Of a stretch of DNA of 64,000 bases, positions 8,584 through 19,520 are shown in pieces. Every line of letters begins with the position of its first letter. The stretch's first letter is position 1. Origin of the DNA: Vulcanimicrobiota bacterium (lineage in GTDB: Bacteria; Vulcanimicrobiota; Vulcanimicrobiia; Vulcanimicrobiales; Vulcanimicrobiaceae). Position numbers and translations under genes: made by a program. The stretch lies in the NCBI GenBank assembly GCA_963786105.1, contig CAWAXX010000001.1, positions 1 to 64,000 of the forward strand, given 5' to 3'. A model generated the notes under the pieces. It saw only the letters and a list, made by a program, of their open reading frames with translations. It was not told where the DNA came from and ran no database searches.

Positions 8584-9588
8584 TCAGAGCCCGAGGCCGT
8601 ACACTTCGAAGCTGGAGACTGCGCCGTGCGTCGTCGTGACCACTATTGTCACGCGACGATCGGTGCTGACGCCATAGTAGAGTTGCGTGGCACCGCACAA
8701 ACGACTCTCGGCGGGCGAAACCCCAAAGACTTCGCGAATCCTCGCTTCAGAATCCCCAATTGAAACGATCGGACTACTTTCGCCGCGACGTAGCGAACTT
8801 TCCAACGGCTGAAGCGCCGCAAAAGTTGGGTTTCGAGCCGCAAAGTAGAGGGAGTCCGACCGTCCGCGACTACCCTGCGGGGGTGCGTATTCCAATTCAG
8901 CGATATTCAACCGGCGAATTGACCGCAACGAGTAACCTGCACTAGGATCGCCGCCGATCATCTCAACAAGACTGGGGCCACCGAGAGATGGTAGGAAGGC
9001 CGATGGCCGCAGATTCGACACCGAATCCTTGATAAAGCCGGGCTGCATACGCTGACTCTCGAGATGCGAGTCGGAAATGCGGCATGCGACCGCCGCTCGA
9101 TACAGATCGTGCAAGGGTTGCGTGCGAATCAACCGATCGCGTAAAATCGCATAGGTTTCGATCGCCGTTGAGATTTCACCGCTGTGACTTGGTTGCGACG
9201 GATCGCTTAACCAAGGATTGCTTCGTATCTGAACGGCACCGTCACGAAGTCCAACGGCTCGCATATTTTGACCTGCAATCTTTAGCAGTTGAGTGCGATA
9301 AGCCAGATACACGCTGACCACGCCGCCGGTTCCCGCACCGTCAAACGAGTAGGCGTGAACCGGCGACCCCTGTTTCTGAGTAAATGACGAATCGGTAACG
9401 CATCCGACAGAAACGCCACTCTCTTCCAAAAAGCCGCAGATCGTTTGTTTCTGCAGCGAATATCGCATCGTCATGCCGTTGTACTCGCGGTCAAGGATGT
9501 GGCGCGCCGTAGCTTGGTCGGCGTTTGCCGGCAAGGTCGACGAGCAAATTATCCCGAGCAGTAGGCCGATGAGAAGGCGCGGGTTCAT
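8584..9588 (-). CDS. Secreted hypothetical protein
   Basis: 334-aa ORF with a classic signal peptide ending ANA-D; no family recognised. Confidence 0.7.
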   Translation of the reverse strand: MNPRLLIGLLLGIICSSTLPANADQATARHILDREYNGMTMRYSLQKQTICGFLEESGVSVGCVTDSSFTQKQGSPVHAYSFDGAGTGGVVSVYLAYRTQLLKIAGQNMRAVGLRDGAVQIRSNPWLSDPSQPSHSGEISTAIETYAILRDRLIRTQPLHDLYRAAVACRISDSHLESQRMQPGFIKDSVSNLRPSAFLPSLGGPSLVEMIGGDPSAGYSLRSIRRLNIAELEYAPPQGSRGRSDSLYFAARNPTFAALQPLESSLRRGESSPIVSIGDSEARIREVFGVSPAESRLCGATQLYYGVSTDRRVTIVVTTTHGAVSSFEVYGLGL

Positions 9589-9630
9589 GGTAGCTGTTTG
9601 TTAATCATGACAATTGGCGGCATCCCGGAT

Positions 9631-11064
9631 CTAATCGGCACACCAGTTGACCCGCGCGGTGTACGTCAGCGTGGAGCGCTCGCCGGCAGGAACGCGGACG
9701 TTCCAGCTTGCGGTGGAAGCCGACGATTTCACGTGCGGCATATTCTCCTCGACGATTTGCCAATCCCCGGGGATAGGCTCGACGACGAGCACGTTGGCCG
9801 CGATAGTCTTAGCGTTCGAGAGGACGATTTGATACGAGCTGTCGCTCGTGCAGGACTTCGTCTGGTGGAAATCCGTCTGCCGCTTACGGGCCGTTACGTC
9901 GAATGAGTCGCCGAGGTGGAGGCGCACCGTTTCATTTTTCGGCGTGTGATCGATAGAGTCCGATCCCAAGAACTGGGAGAGGTTTCTCGAATCGTTCTGA
10001 TAGAGCCGGACGATGCCCGCGGGCAACGGAATGCCCAGCTCGCCGCCACGATTTTGGAACGTCACGTACGCGCCCACCGGCAGCCGGTCGCCGATGTCCG
10101 CGTCGGCGCTGCGATAGTAGTCCGGGGACCCGCGCAGCTCCAGCGTCTTTCGAATCGGAACGTTGGGGGCCGCGAGCAGCGTGAGCTGCTTCGTTTGTTT
10201 ATCGAGAATGGTCGTCGGCCGCTCGAGCGTATACAGATGATACTCGAAGTAATTCTCTTGTCGTACCGGCGAGCCCGCAGACGTCTCGGCCGCGATCGTC
10301 TTGAGCGCTCCATAAACGGTAGACTGCGGCTCGGCGACGTTGACGTTTCCGGCAACCAGTTGAAGGTGCGCGTCGTCGTACGTCTCGCCGCTCGTATTCG
10401 ACAACGTCACGAGCCCCGTCAGCGACAATCGCGACTCGTCGGGAGAGACCATCCCCACATAGTCGGCGCGCCATGCCAATCCGCTGGTAAGATAGCTCAA
10501 ATCCAGCGTTTGCGCTCCGTTTTGGCCGCTTTCCAGGTCTAGAGCCAGCGTCGGGGTGTCGCGGAAGTTCTTCGACGACGTCGGATAGACGATATAGCCG
10601 CGTAGTTGCGTTTCGATGCGATCGGCATATTGGAGCACGATTCCGCCGTTGGTGCTGAGGATTCGCGCGGTCTCGCGCGTATCGCGCTCGCCGGCGAACC
10701 GCGCTTCGTGCACTACCGTGACTTCGTGTCCGACGTATTTTTGCATAAGGGCTGCCGGATCGAGAAGGTCGAAATCAAAGTTCTGCTCGACGACCGCGAT
10801 CTTGGCGGACGAGGCGACCCCCTCAAGCAACGTTGTGGTGGGATCCATACCCGCACTGACGTCTCGCCACGCAACCCGGTTGAGCCCATCGGTCAAATGC
10901 ACGATCCGGCGGTCGTGAACGAGCGCCGTACCACCGTTATACACCGTGAGGTTGATCGACTGACGATCGGCGACCGTGCTCGTGTGCTCGGGTGGATCGG
11001 CGAACGCTCCGGCGGGCATAGCGAGAATGCCAAACATCAGGAATGTCGAGAAGATACGCTTCAT
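9631..11064 (-). CDS. DUF4139 domain-containing secreted protein
   Basis: LTVYNG.ALV.D.R, EQNFDFDLL, LSYLTSGLAWRADY, EYHLYTL, PLPAGIVRLY motifs; GGAGG RBS. Confidence 0.9.
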   Translation of the reverse strand: MKRIFSTFLMFGILAMPAGAFADPPEHTSTVADRQSINLTVYNGGTALVHDRRIVHLTDGLNRVAWRDVSAGMDPTTTLLEGVASSAKIAVVEQNFDFDLLDPAALMQKYVGHEVTVVHEARFAGERDTRETARILSTNGGIVLQYADRIETQLRGYIVYPTSSKNFRDTPTLALDLESGQNGAQTLDLSYLTSGLAWRADYVGMVSPDESRLSLTGLVTLSNTSGETYDDAHLQLVAGNVNVAEPQSTVYGALKTIAAETSAGSPVRQENYFEYHLYTLERPTTILDKQTKQLTLLAAPNVPIRKTLELRGSPDYYRSADADIGDRLPVGAYVTFQNRGGELGIPLPAGIVRLYQNDSRNLSQFLGSDSIDHTPKNETVRLHLGDSFDVTARKRQTDFHQTKSCTSDSSYQIVLSNAKTIAANVLVVEPIPGDWQIVEENMPHVKSSASTASWNVRVPAGERSTLTYTARVNWCAD

Positions 11065-11220
11065 GCGGGTGACCTCCGATGCGAGTTACACACAGAGCGG
11101 ACCGTGTTGCAACGCCGTGACGCGTATCGAGCTTCCTAATCGCGCTCTCATCGCCGCAGGGGAAGCTAACGCCGGTTCGGAAGGCGCCTGCAAGTCGAGC
11201 GTCAGAATCCGAGAGGCGAG

Positions 11221-12042
11221 ATGGCAGGCGATCTCAATCCCCAAGCCGCGCAAATGGCCGACGAGTCGATGGTCCGTAACCTAGACGCGCAGGCGCGGGC
11301 GATCTGGCCGCAGGAAGAACCGCTCTTCCGGCGTTACGCCCTTCCCACCGGTGCGCGCATTCTCGACGCAGGATGCGGAACCGGCGAAATATCGTCGCGG
11401 TTGGCCATCCTCTTTCCGCACGCGCATGTTTTGGGCGTGGATATCGTCGACGCGCACCTCGACCGCGCGCGCTCGCGTTATTCCAGTCTAGCGTCACGGC
11501 TGGCGTTTGCACATCAAAGCGTTTTCGAACTGCAAGAACCCGACGGCAGTTTCGATCTGACGGTTTGCCGCCACGTGCTGCATGCCGTCCCGCACGCCGA
11601 ATCCGTCATCGCCGAGCTGGCGCGAGTTACGCGTTCCGGCGGGCACTTGCACGTCATCCCCGAGGACTACCGAATGTTGCAATTCCAACGTCGCGACGGA
11701 CTCGACCCCAGCGATTTTTGGCATGCGGTTCCGCTGCAGTTCGGAGCGGCGACGGGAACCGATCTCTTCATCGGTCGCAACGCGTATACGATTTTCGCCA
11801 AGATGGGCCTGGAAGAGATCGCGGTCGACTACGCGATCGTCGATACGGTGCGCACGCCGCGGGACACGTTCGCGACGATCCTCGAGGCCTGGCGCGACGG
11901 CTATGTCGACTCGATTGCCGAGCTGACTACGTTCTCCCGCGAATCGGCGACTGCGTACTTTAACGCCATGATCGAAAACATCCGCGACCCGGTCGGGTAT
12001 GCGGCCTGGATGGTGCCTGTGGTGAGCGCCCTCGTCCCCTAG
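11221..12042 (+). CDS. Class I SAM-dependent methyltransferase
   Basis: ILDAGCGTG motif I; FDLTVCRHVL. Confidence 0.9.
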   Translation: MAGDLNPQAAQMADESMVRNLDAQARAIWPQEEPLFRRYALPTGARILDAGCGTGEISSRLAILFPHAHVLGVDIVDAHLDRARSRYSSLASRLAFAHQSVFELQEPDGSFDLTVCRHVLHAVPHAESVIAELARVTRSGGHLHVIPEDYRMLQFQRRDGLDPSDFWHAVPLQFGAATGTDLFIGRNAYTIFAKMGLEEIAVDYAIVDTVRTPRDTFATILEAWRDGYVDSIAELTTFSRESATAYFNAMIENIRDPVGYAAWMVPVVSALVP

Positions 12043-12137
12043 GCGATGCGTATCCGGGCTCGAAAAGGGCGTTCGGACGATATGGAAATTTCCGAGTTTT
12101 GGCAGTATTCTGATGGGGTCGTTTGGAGAGCAATCCG

Positions 12138-13517
12138 ATGCTAGGTTCGCGCAGGTTTTCGGCGGCGCTTTTGGCCGCGGTTGTCCTATCCGCTTGTTCA
12201 AGCGGCGGTTCTGGGCAGATCCCCGCGCCCGCCGTTGGCCCAGCTCGCGGCGCCGCCGTGGAACCGGGGCGCAACCAACGCCGGGCGCCCGCGCAAATCC
12301 GCCATATCGTCCTGATGATTCAGGAAAACCGAAGTTTCGATAATCTCTTTGCGACCTACCCCGGCGCCGACGGTGCGACCAGCGGCAAGATGCACACCGG
12401 CATCGTCATCCCCCTCAAGAAGGTCGGGCTGGCGTCGCTCGATATCAACCACACGTACCGGACCTACGTGCAAGACTACGACAACGGGAATATGGACGGT
12501 TTCGACCTATCCAAAATGGGCACCGGCCAGCGAGCAGGGAAGTATCCGTACCAATACGTCGATCCGGCAAAGATTCAACCGTATTGGGCGATCGCGCACA
12601 ACTACGTGCTTGCCGACCATATGTTTCAAACGCAAGGCAGCGGCAGTTTCACGGCGCATCAAGACCTGATTGCGGGCGGCACCGCCATCGATGCGAACGA
12701 CAGCATCGTCGACGATCCTTCGAGCTCGTGGAGCTGGGGATGCGACTCGCAGCCGAGTACGGTGACGTCTCTGATAACGACCGGCGGGCAGTATCTGTTC
12801 GACCAAGGACCGTTCCCGTGCCTTACGTATCCAACGGGTACCCTGCGCGACTTGCTCGATGCGCAACAGGTCTCGTGGAAGTACTATACGCCTCCTCATA
12901 AAGGAAACACGGACGGCGCGCTTTGGAACGCCTTCGACGCGATTCCCGCCGTTCGCAACGGACCCGAATGGACGACCAACATCTCGATCCCGGAAAAAAA
13001 TATCTTCACCGACATCACCAACGGTGCGTTGCCGGCGCTGTCTTGGGTCATTCCGTCTCAGGTCAATTCCGATCATCCCCAAAAGTTGAATAGCGAATAC
13101 GATGGCCCATCGTGGGTCGCTTCGGTGGTGAACGCGATCGGACAGAGCAAGTATTGGAATACGACGACGATCGTCATCGTGTGGGACGACTGGGGCGGGT
13201 TCTACGATCACGAACCGCCGGCGTTTTTGGACAATGCAGGCGGCTTAGGGTTTCGCGTCCCGATGCTTGTCGTGTCGCCATACGTTACGCCCGGTCAAAT
13301 CAGTCACACCCAGTACGAGTTCGGCGGCATTCTCAAGTACGTCGAGCAGACGTTCGGCCTCGGTTCGCTGGGCACTACCGACGTGCGCGCGAAGTCGATT
13401 GGGAGCGTGATCAATCTCAACCGGCCGCCGTTACCGTTCAACCCGATCCCGTCGTGGCGATCGCGTGAGTACTTCATGCACCAGTCGCCATCCTACGAAC
13501 CGGTCGATACCCAATAA
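12138..13517 (+). CDS. Phosphoesterase (phospholipase C/AcpA acid phosphatase family) lipoprotein
   Basis: Lipobox LSAC; IQENRSFDNLF, SDHP, WDDWGGFYDH, GFRVPMLVVSPY. Confidence 0.93.
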   Translation: MLGSRRFSAALLAAVVLSACSSGGSGQIPAPAVGPARGAAVEPGRNQRRAPAQIRHIVLMIQENRSFDNLFATYPGADGATSGKMHTGIVIPLKKVGLASLDINHTYRTYVQDYDNGNMDGFDLSKMGTGQRAGKYPYQYVDPAKIQPYWAIAHNYVLADHMFQTQGSGSFTAHQDLIAGGTAIDANDSIVDDPSSSWSWGCDSQPSTVTSLITTGGQYLFDQGPFPCLTYPTGTLRDLLDAQQVSWKYYTPPHKGNTDGALWNAFDAIPAVRNGPEWTTNISIPEKNIFTDITNGALPALSWVIPSQVNSDHPQKLNSEYDGPSWVASVVNAIGQSKYWNTTTIVIVWDDWGGFYDHEPPAFLDNAGGLGFRVPMLVVSPYVTPGQISHTQYEFGGILKYVEQTFGLGSLGTTDVRAKSIGSVINLNRPPLPFNPIPSWRSREYFMHQSPSYEPVDTQ

Positions 13518-13576
13518 CTTTCTAGGTCGCGCCACTTGAAAAGGGAGCGGCCCTCACGTTCCCGCACCCTTTGCGC

Positions 13577-14965
13577 ATGGAACTGCGCCGCACGTTAGGT
13601 CTCGCCGACGTGACCCTCTTCTTCGTGGTCGCGGGTTCGAACTTACAATGGGTGGCGACCGCGGCGGCCGCCGGTCCGTCGTCGATCGTCGTTTGGGTGC
13701 TCGGGTGCCTAGCGATGTTCGTTCCGCTGTCGGTCTGCGTCGTATACCTGACGTCGCGTCATCCGGACGAGGGCGGAATGTACGTGTGGAGCAAACGCGC
13801 CTTCGGGCCGTTCGCCGGGTTCTTTACCGGCTGGACCTACTGGGCGTCCAACCTTCCGTATTTTCCGGCCCTGCTCTACTTTGCCGCCGGAAACGCCTTG
13901 TTCGCCGGCGGCGGCAATGGCGGTGCGCTCGGACTCTCACCGTGGTATTTCATCGCAGTGTCGATTTTCGGGCTGACGCTGGCGACGGTCGTCAACGTGC
14001 TCGGCATGGACGTAGGCAAATGGCTGAACAACATCGGCGCGATAAGCCGGTGGACGGTGACGTTGCTGCTGATTGGAATCGGAATTCTCGCGTGGTGGAA
14101 GTTCGGTCCGGCAACCCCGGTGAATGCGCAGACGATGCGTCCCGGCCTTGCGATCAAGGACGTGATCTTTTGGTCGGTTATCGCGTTTGCTTGGACCGGT
14201 CCCGAGGCGATTTCGTTCATGGGCGGCGAAATCCGCAATCCTCGCCGTTCGATTCCTTACGGCTTGGCGATGGCGGCTCCGGCCATCGCCGTCATCTACA
14301 TCTTAGGTACGGCAGCCGTGCTGGCGGCGTTGCCGTCGCACGCCGTTAACGCCTCGTCGGGCGTCATGCAAGCAATCGCGGCCATCGCGGGACGGGTCGG
14401 CATGAGCGTCGTGACGCCGATCGCCGCCGTTCTCGTTGCCGTGAGCTGTCTGGGGAGTTGCGGTGCGTGGCTTGGGGCGGTCGCGCGCATTCCGTTTGTG
14501 GCGGGCATCGATCGTTATCTGCCGCCAATTTTCGGGCGCATGCATCCGCGCTGGGGCTCGCCGGTGGCCGCCCTCCTAACGCAATCCGGCATTGCCGCGG
14601 TTTTCATTTTTCTCGGACAGGGTGGAAGCACCGTGAAGGGTGCGTACGATATTCTCGTCGGTTCGACGGTGCTCATTACGATGCTGCCGTTCATGTTGCT
14701 GTTCGCGTCGGCGATCAAGCTCGATGCCGAACCGGCGCCTCCGGGCGCCGTTACCATTCCCGGAGGCCGGTGGACCATCGCAGTCTTTGCGCTGGTTGGG
14801 TTGGCGACCACGGTGGCCGCCGCCGTGCTCGCGGTTTTTCCCGCCGACGACGACCCGAACAAACTGCTCTCCGTCCTCAAGGTCTTTGGCTTGACCGCAC
14901 TCGTGGTCGGCAGCGGCGTTGCCGTGTACCTCGTCGGCCGCCGGCGCCAAGCGGTCGCCGAGTAA
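13577..14965 (+). CDS. APC-family amino acid permease/antiporter
   Basis: About 12 TM; PDEGGMYVWSKRAFG, GGEIRNPRRSIP. Confidence 0.92.
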   Translation: MELRRTLGLADVTLFFVVAGSNLQWVATAAAAGPSSIVVWVLGCLAMFVPLSVCVVYLTSRHPDEGGMYVWSKRAFGPFAGFFTGWTYWASNLPYFPALLYFAAGNALFAGGGNGGALGLSPWYFIAVSIFGLTLATVVNVLGMDVGKWLNNIGAISRWTVTLLLIGIGILAWWKFGPATPVNAQTMRPGLAIKDVIFWSVIAFAWTGPEAISFMGGEIRNPRRSIPYGLAMAAPAIAVIYILGTAAVLAALPSHAVNASSGVMQAIAAIAGRVGMSVVTPIAAVLVAVSCLGSCGAWLGAVARIPFVAGIDRYLPPIFGRMHPRWGSPVAALLTQSGIAAVFIFLGQGGSTVKGAYDILVGSTVLITMLPFMLLFASAIKLDAEPAPPGAVTIPGGRWTIAVFALVGLATTVAAAVLAVFPADDDPNKLLSVLKVFGLTALVVGSGVAVYLVGRRRQAVAE

Positions 14966-14996
14966 AGAAAAGAGCTCCCGCATTACGCCGGAGCTC
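14964..14996 (-). terminator. Intrinsic terminator between convergent genes
   Basis: GAGCTCC..GGAGCTC stem (14972-14996) followed on the minus strand by TTTTCTTT. Confidence 0.6.
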
Positions 14997-15019
14997 GAGA
15001 CAGAGCGTGTTGGTCTGCG

Positions 15020-15421
15020 CTAGTGCGAAGGAGCCACCCACATGGTCGAGTCCACCCACTTCACGCGCGTCGGGACGCACGACGTCACCTGTTTGCCGGC
15101 ATACGTCACGTCGTTGTAGAGATCGAAATGATGCTGGATTTCGGTGCCTGGCGCAAACTCGCCGTAGTCGGTGACGGTGCGAAGAAAGTGCTGCGCCGCG
15201 TTGCGATACCCGACTGCGAACGTGATGCTCGCCGCCGATTTCTTACCGTAGATGATGTAGTCGATCTGGGTGCCGCCGGCGTTTTTGCTCAGCGGCTTGG
15301 GTTGAATCACAAAGCACTGCTTGACGAGAACCGGTGCCGAGGCGAACGCGGGCGCAAACGAAGCCACTGCGAAGGCGGTGCAGAGAACGGCTCCGAGAGA
15401 AAGACGTGCGAGGATCTTCAT
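15020..15421 (-). CDS. Secreted hypothetical protein
   Basis: Signal peptide ending AFA; two Cys; D.G.FAPG..I.H.F motif. Confidence 0.8.
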   Translation of the reverse strand: MKILARLSLGAVLCTAFAVASFAPAFASAPVLVKQCFVIQPKPLSKNAGGTQIDYIIYGKKSAASITFAVGYRNAAQHFLRTVTDYGEFAPGTEIQHHFDLYNDVTYAGKQVTSCVPTRVKWVDSTMWVAPSH

Positions 15422-15515
15422 TGCTGCGAAGGATTCCTTTCAAAGAGGCATGGGAGCCTGTCAACCGGCGCTCCCCAGCCGATCACCTTTTCGCCGGGCG
15501 GCCGGCGGCTTCCGT

Positions 15516-15668
15516 TTACCAGGTCACGCCTCTGACGCGAAGGTAGGCGAGCGCGGCGGCGACGATCAGGGCCACCGCGACGGCTACCAAAGCCGGAACG
15601 TGCCTATCGCGCTGGTGGCGGTCGGCCTCGTCCTCGTCGACCGGGTGGACTCTCGGCTCTCTTCGCAT
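15516..15668 (-). CDS. Putative 50-aa single-TM small protein
   Basis: MRREPRVHPVDEDEADRHQRDRHVPALVAVAVALIVAAALAYLRVRGVTW; fills the gap divergent from ettA. Confidence 0.5.
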   Translation of the reverse strand: MRREPRVHPVDEDEADRHQRDRHVPALVAVAVALIVAAALAYLRVRGVTW

Positions 15669-15713
15669 TTCCCCGAGTATATCAGGACCCGCGCCTCGAA
15701 GCGTCAGCGCGCC

Positions 15714-17382
15714 ATGTCGTTCGTCTATACCATGTACCGCGTCGGCAAGGTCGTCCCGCCGAAGCGCCAGATCCTCAAAGACATCTCCCTGAGTTTCTTT
15801 CCCGGCGCCAAGATCGGCATTTTGGGTCTCAACGGCGCCGGAAAGTCGACGGTCCTTCGCATCATGGCCGGCCTCGACACCGATATCGACGGCGAGGCCA
15901 AGGCCATGCCGAACATCAGCGTCGGCTTCCTCGAACAAGAACCGAAGCTCGATCCCGAAAAAACGGTCCGCGAGACGGTCGAAGAAGGGCTGTCCGAGCT
16001 ACTGTCGGCACGCAAGTGTCTCGACGAAGTTTTTGCTGCGTACGGGCAACCCGATGCGGACTTCGAGGCCCTGGCGGAAGAACAGGCGAGACTCGAGGCG
16101 ATTCTGTTCGCACAAGGCGCCGAGGACGTCGAGCAACAGCTTGAGATCGCGGCCGACGCGCTTCGGCTGCCGCCGTGGGACGCAAAGATCGGGCCGCTTT
16201 CGGGCGGCGAGAAGCGGCGCGTCGCGCTCTGCCGCCTGCTGCTCTCCAAGCCGGATATGCTGTTGCTCGACGAGCCGACCAATCACCTCGACGCCGAGAG
16301 CGTCGAGTGGCTCGAACAGTTTCTCGCGCGATTTCCCGGAACGGTCGTGGCCGTGACGCACGACCGCTACTTCCTCGACAACGCGGCGGAGTGGATTCTC
16401 GAGTTGGATCGCGGGCGCGGCATTCCGTGGAAAGGCAACTATAGCTCGTGGCTCGAGCAAAAGCAGGAGCGCCTTGGTCGTGAAGAGACCGCCGAAACGG
16501 CGCGCCGAAAGGCGCTCAAGCGCGAACTCGAATGGGTGCGCTCGGGCGTTCAAGGGCGCCGCTCGAAAAGCAAGAGCCGCATCGCGCGGTTCGAGGAACT
16601 CTAGCAGCTACGAATATCAGCGCCGGAACGAAACGCAGGAAATTTTCATTCCGGTCGCCGATCGCCTGGGCGATCGCGTGATCGAGTTCGCCGGTGTGAG
16701 CAAAGCCTACGGCGACCGTCTTCTGATGGACGATGTGAGTTTCACGATTCCCGCCGGTGCCATCGTCGGGATCATCGGACCGAACGGCGCCGGGAAAACG
16801 ACGCTATTTCGCATGATTGCCGGACGTGAAAAGCCCGATGCCGGCGAGATCGCGGTCGGGCCCACGGTGAAACTCGGCGTCGTGGAACAGAGCCGCGAGT
16901 CGCTCGACAACGAGAAGACCGTTTTCGACGATGTCAGCGGCGGACTCGATTTAGTAACGGTCGGAAAGTATCAAATGCCGTCCCGCGCCTATTTGGGACG
17001 GTTCAACTTCAAGGGAGCCGATCAGCAAAAGATCGTTGGAACGCTTTCGGGCGGCGAGCGCGGCCGCTTGCATCTCGCGAAAACGCTGCTGAGCGGCGCG
17101 AACGTGCTTCTGCTCGACGAACCGTCGAACGACCTCGACGTCGAAACGATGCGCGCGCTGGAAGATGCGTTGGATGAGTTTGCCGGAACGGTGCTGGTCG
17201 TCAGCCACGATCGCTGGTTCCTCGATCGCATCGCCACCCACATCCTCGCGTTCGAAGGCGATTCGCGGGTGTATCTCTTCGAAGGAAACTATCAGGAATA
17301 CGAAGCCGACAAGCGCGCGCGACTTGGGGAGGCGGCGGCCGGTCCCCATCGCATCCGTTATCGTCCCCTAACCGTGAAGTAA
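15714..17382 (+). CDS. ettA: Energy-dependent translational throttle ABC-F protein EttA (one frameshift near 16602)
   Basis: RQILKDISLSFFPGAKIG N-terminus, two Walker A motifs (GLNGAGKS, GPNGAGKT); removing one base in CTC-T-AGC restores FEELSSYEYQ. Confidence 0.95.
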
Positions 17383-17386
17383 CGAT

Positions 17387-18901
17387 TTAGCCGGTCGCGG
17401 GTCGCCGATCGCCGCCGCCCAGGGTGACCGCTGCGGTGAAGGCCGACGCCACCGCCAAGAACGCGCAGGCGGCGGCCACAACGCGAAAGCCGTCGATGTA
17501 CGCCGCTCGCACGACGGCGGTTTCTTGCGGATCCGGCAACCGCGCGCCCGCCATCGCACTGCGCTGAGCCTCGATGTCGCTGCGCTGGCGTGCCCCCAGC
17601 GCGGCAGCGCTCATTCGCACGTCCAATCTCGCATTGAACGCGGACGCAAGAAGGGCGCCGAGCACGGCGATAGCGAGCAGTCCGGCGATGCGCGATACCG
17701 CGTTGTTAATTCCCGACGCCAGCCCGACGTGCTGCTCGGGAACCGAATCGATGAGGACCGCGATCAACGGCGCGACCGTGAGACCCATACCGGTGCCGAT
17801 AAGGAGGGTGCTCGGGAGCACGCCGGTCACGTAGTGCAGGTCCGGCAAGGTCGCAAACGCGGCAAAACCAAGCGCCGCCAGAGATGGCCCGGCGGTCAGC
17901 ATCGTGCGCCGCCCCACGCGATAGACCAGTGCGCCCGCGTAGCGCGAGAGGATGACGAGTAGTGCAAGAAACGGCAACATCGCAAAACCGGTCAACGTCG
18001 CGCTGTAACCGTCGGCCAAGATCATGACGAACGGGAGAAAGAAGAAGAGTCCACCGAGGGCGCCGTAGAGCAAAAACGTCATGATGTTGATGCCGCTGAA
18101 CGCGCGGTTGGCGAACAACTCAAACGGTAGGATCGGATTGACAATGCGGCGTTCGACGGCCGCGAAAATCGCCAACGTCAGTGCTCCGCCTGCTAAGGCG
18201 CCGACCGTACGAAAGTTCCAGCCATCCAAACCGCTGACGACGAAGGCGTACACGATGCCGCCCAAGCCGAGGGTAATGAGCAGCGAGCCAAGCAAGTCGA
18301 TCGGTCCGGTTGCGGATTCGTCGCGACTCTCGCGCATGTGCCGCAACGCGATCGCCAGCACCGCCGCGACCACCGGAATGTTGATGTAGAAAACCCAGCG
18401 CCAACCGAGATGGTCGACGATCGTTCCGCCGGCTACGGGACCGATAGCGCCGGCGACGGCCGTGAGGCCCGACCACGTTCCGATCGCGCGCCCGCGCGCC
18501 GCACCTTCGAAGGAAGCTCCGATCAGGGCGAGGCTTGCCGGCGCGAGCATCGTACCGCCGGCTCCCTGAAGAACGCGGGCGGCGATGAGCGCGGGCATCG
18601 ACGGAGCGAGCCCGCAGAGTATCGACCCGATCGCGAAAACCACAACGCCCATCACGAAGAGGCGCTTGCGTCCGTACCGGTCGCCAAGCGCTCCTGACAG
18701 CAGCATGAGCGACCCAAGTACCAGCGTGTACGCCTCGATGACCCACTGTGCGTCAAACGTGGTGGCGCGAAACCCGGTTTGAATGATCGGAAGCGCGATC
18801 GAAACGATCGTGCCGTCGATGAAGACGAGACTCGAGCCGAGCACGGTCGCGGCGATGATCCAGTTCCCCGATGCGCCTTCCGTCGTTTGCTGCCGTTCCA
18901 T
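17387..18901 (-). CDS. MFS transporter, DHA2 (14-TM) family
   Basis: FIDGTIVSIALP, GALGDRYGRKR, WRWVFYINIP; GGAGG RBS before ATG 18901. Confidence 0.93.
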   Translation of the reverse strand: MERQQTTEGASGNWIIAATVLGSSLVFIDGTIVSIALPIIQTGFRATTFDAQWVIEAYTLVLGSLMLLSGALGDRYGRKRLFVMGVVVFAIGSILCGLAPSMPALIAARVLQGAGGTMLAPASLALIGASFEGAARGRAIGTWSGLTAVAGAIGPVAGGTIVDHLGWRWVFYINIPVVAAVLAIALRHMRESRDESATGPIDLLGSLLITLGLGGIVYAFVVSGLDGWNFRTVGALAGGALTLAIFAAVERRIVNPILPFELFANRAFSGINIMTFLLYGALGGLFFFLPFVMILADGYSATLTGFAMLPFLALLVILSRYAGALVYRVGRRTMLTAGPSLAALGFAAFATLPDLHYVTGVLPSTLLIGTGMGLTVAPLIAVLIDSVPEQHVGLASGINNAVSRIAGLLAIAVLGALLASAFNARLDVRMSAAALGARQRSDIEAQRSAMAGARLPDPQETAVVRAAYIDGFRVVAAACAFLAVASAFTAAVTLGGGDRRPATG

Positions 18902-18962
18902 GTGCCTCCGCTTCGTTACGAGGGCGCCCACACCGCTCTTGTCACTAGCAAAACCGCATCGC

Positions 18963-19520
18963 ATGACGAACGTTTCATCCGTGCGGCTGTTTACGCGCAG
19001 GCAGTTGATCGAGACCGGCGTCGCCGGCACGACGTTGCTCGCGCTCGCGAGCTGTGCGCGATCCAGTCGATCCGAGCAGCCACCCTTCGACGATCGAGGC
19101 TACGGCTATCGCGTGCTGAACGCCGGCGATCGGGAGTTGATGGCTGCGGTAGCGGCGGCGATGTTGGCAGGTGCGCTGCCGGCCGATCCCGCTGCCCATC
19201 GGGCCGCAATCGTGCAAGCCGTCCGCGGCGTCGACGTTGCGGTCGCGGGCTTGCCGCCGGACGTCGTCGACGAAGTGCATCAACTCTTCGGGCTATTGGA
19301 ATTCCCGGTGACGCGCGGCCTTGCCGCCGGCGTGTGGAGTTCGTGGACGAACGCCACGCAGGCCGACGTTTCGAGTTTTCTCTCGCGCTGGCGATTTAGC
19401 GGCGTCGCGTTGTTTCGTAGCGGCTATCAAGCGTTGCACCAACTCGTCATGGCGGCTTGGTACGGCGGCACCGCCGCGTGGGCGAGAATCGGATATCCCG
19501 GGCCGCCGGTCATCCCATGA
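18963..19520 (+). CDS. Tat-signal accessory subunit of a GMC oxidoreductase (LaoB-like)
   Basis: TRRQLI twin-arginine signal; C-terminal AAWYG..W..IGYPGPP; ATGA overlap with the GMC gene. Confidence 0.8.
   Translation: MTNVSSVRLFTRRQLIETGVAGTTLLALASCARSSRSEQPPFDDRGYGYRVLNAGDRELMAAVAAAMLAGALPADPAAHRAAIVQAVRGVDVAVAGLPPDVVDEVHQLFGLLEFPVTRGLAAGVWSSWTNATQADVSSFLSRWRFSGVALFRSGYQALHQLVMAAWYGGTAAWARIGYPGPPVIP

Noticed and set aside
6200..9588. Integron-like cassette array
   Set aside because: Mixed gene orientations and no attC-like RYYYAAC..GTTRRRY sites seen between genes.
3768..9630. Island integrated in tRNA-Val
   Set aside because: I found no duplicated tRNA-Val 3' end downstream, so it cannot be supported, though it remains possible.
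16590..16610. Programmed frameshift or stop readthrough in ettA (also considered for prfC)
   Set aside because: No slippery site, internal Shine-Dalgarno or stimulatory structure is evident, and the same +1 pattern affects many unrelated genes.
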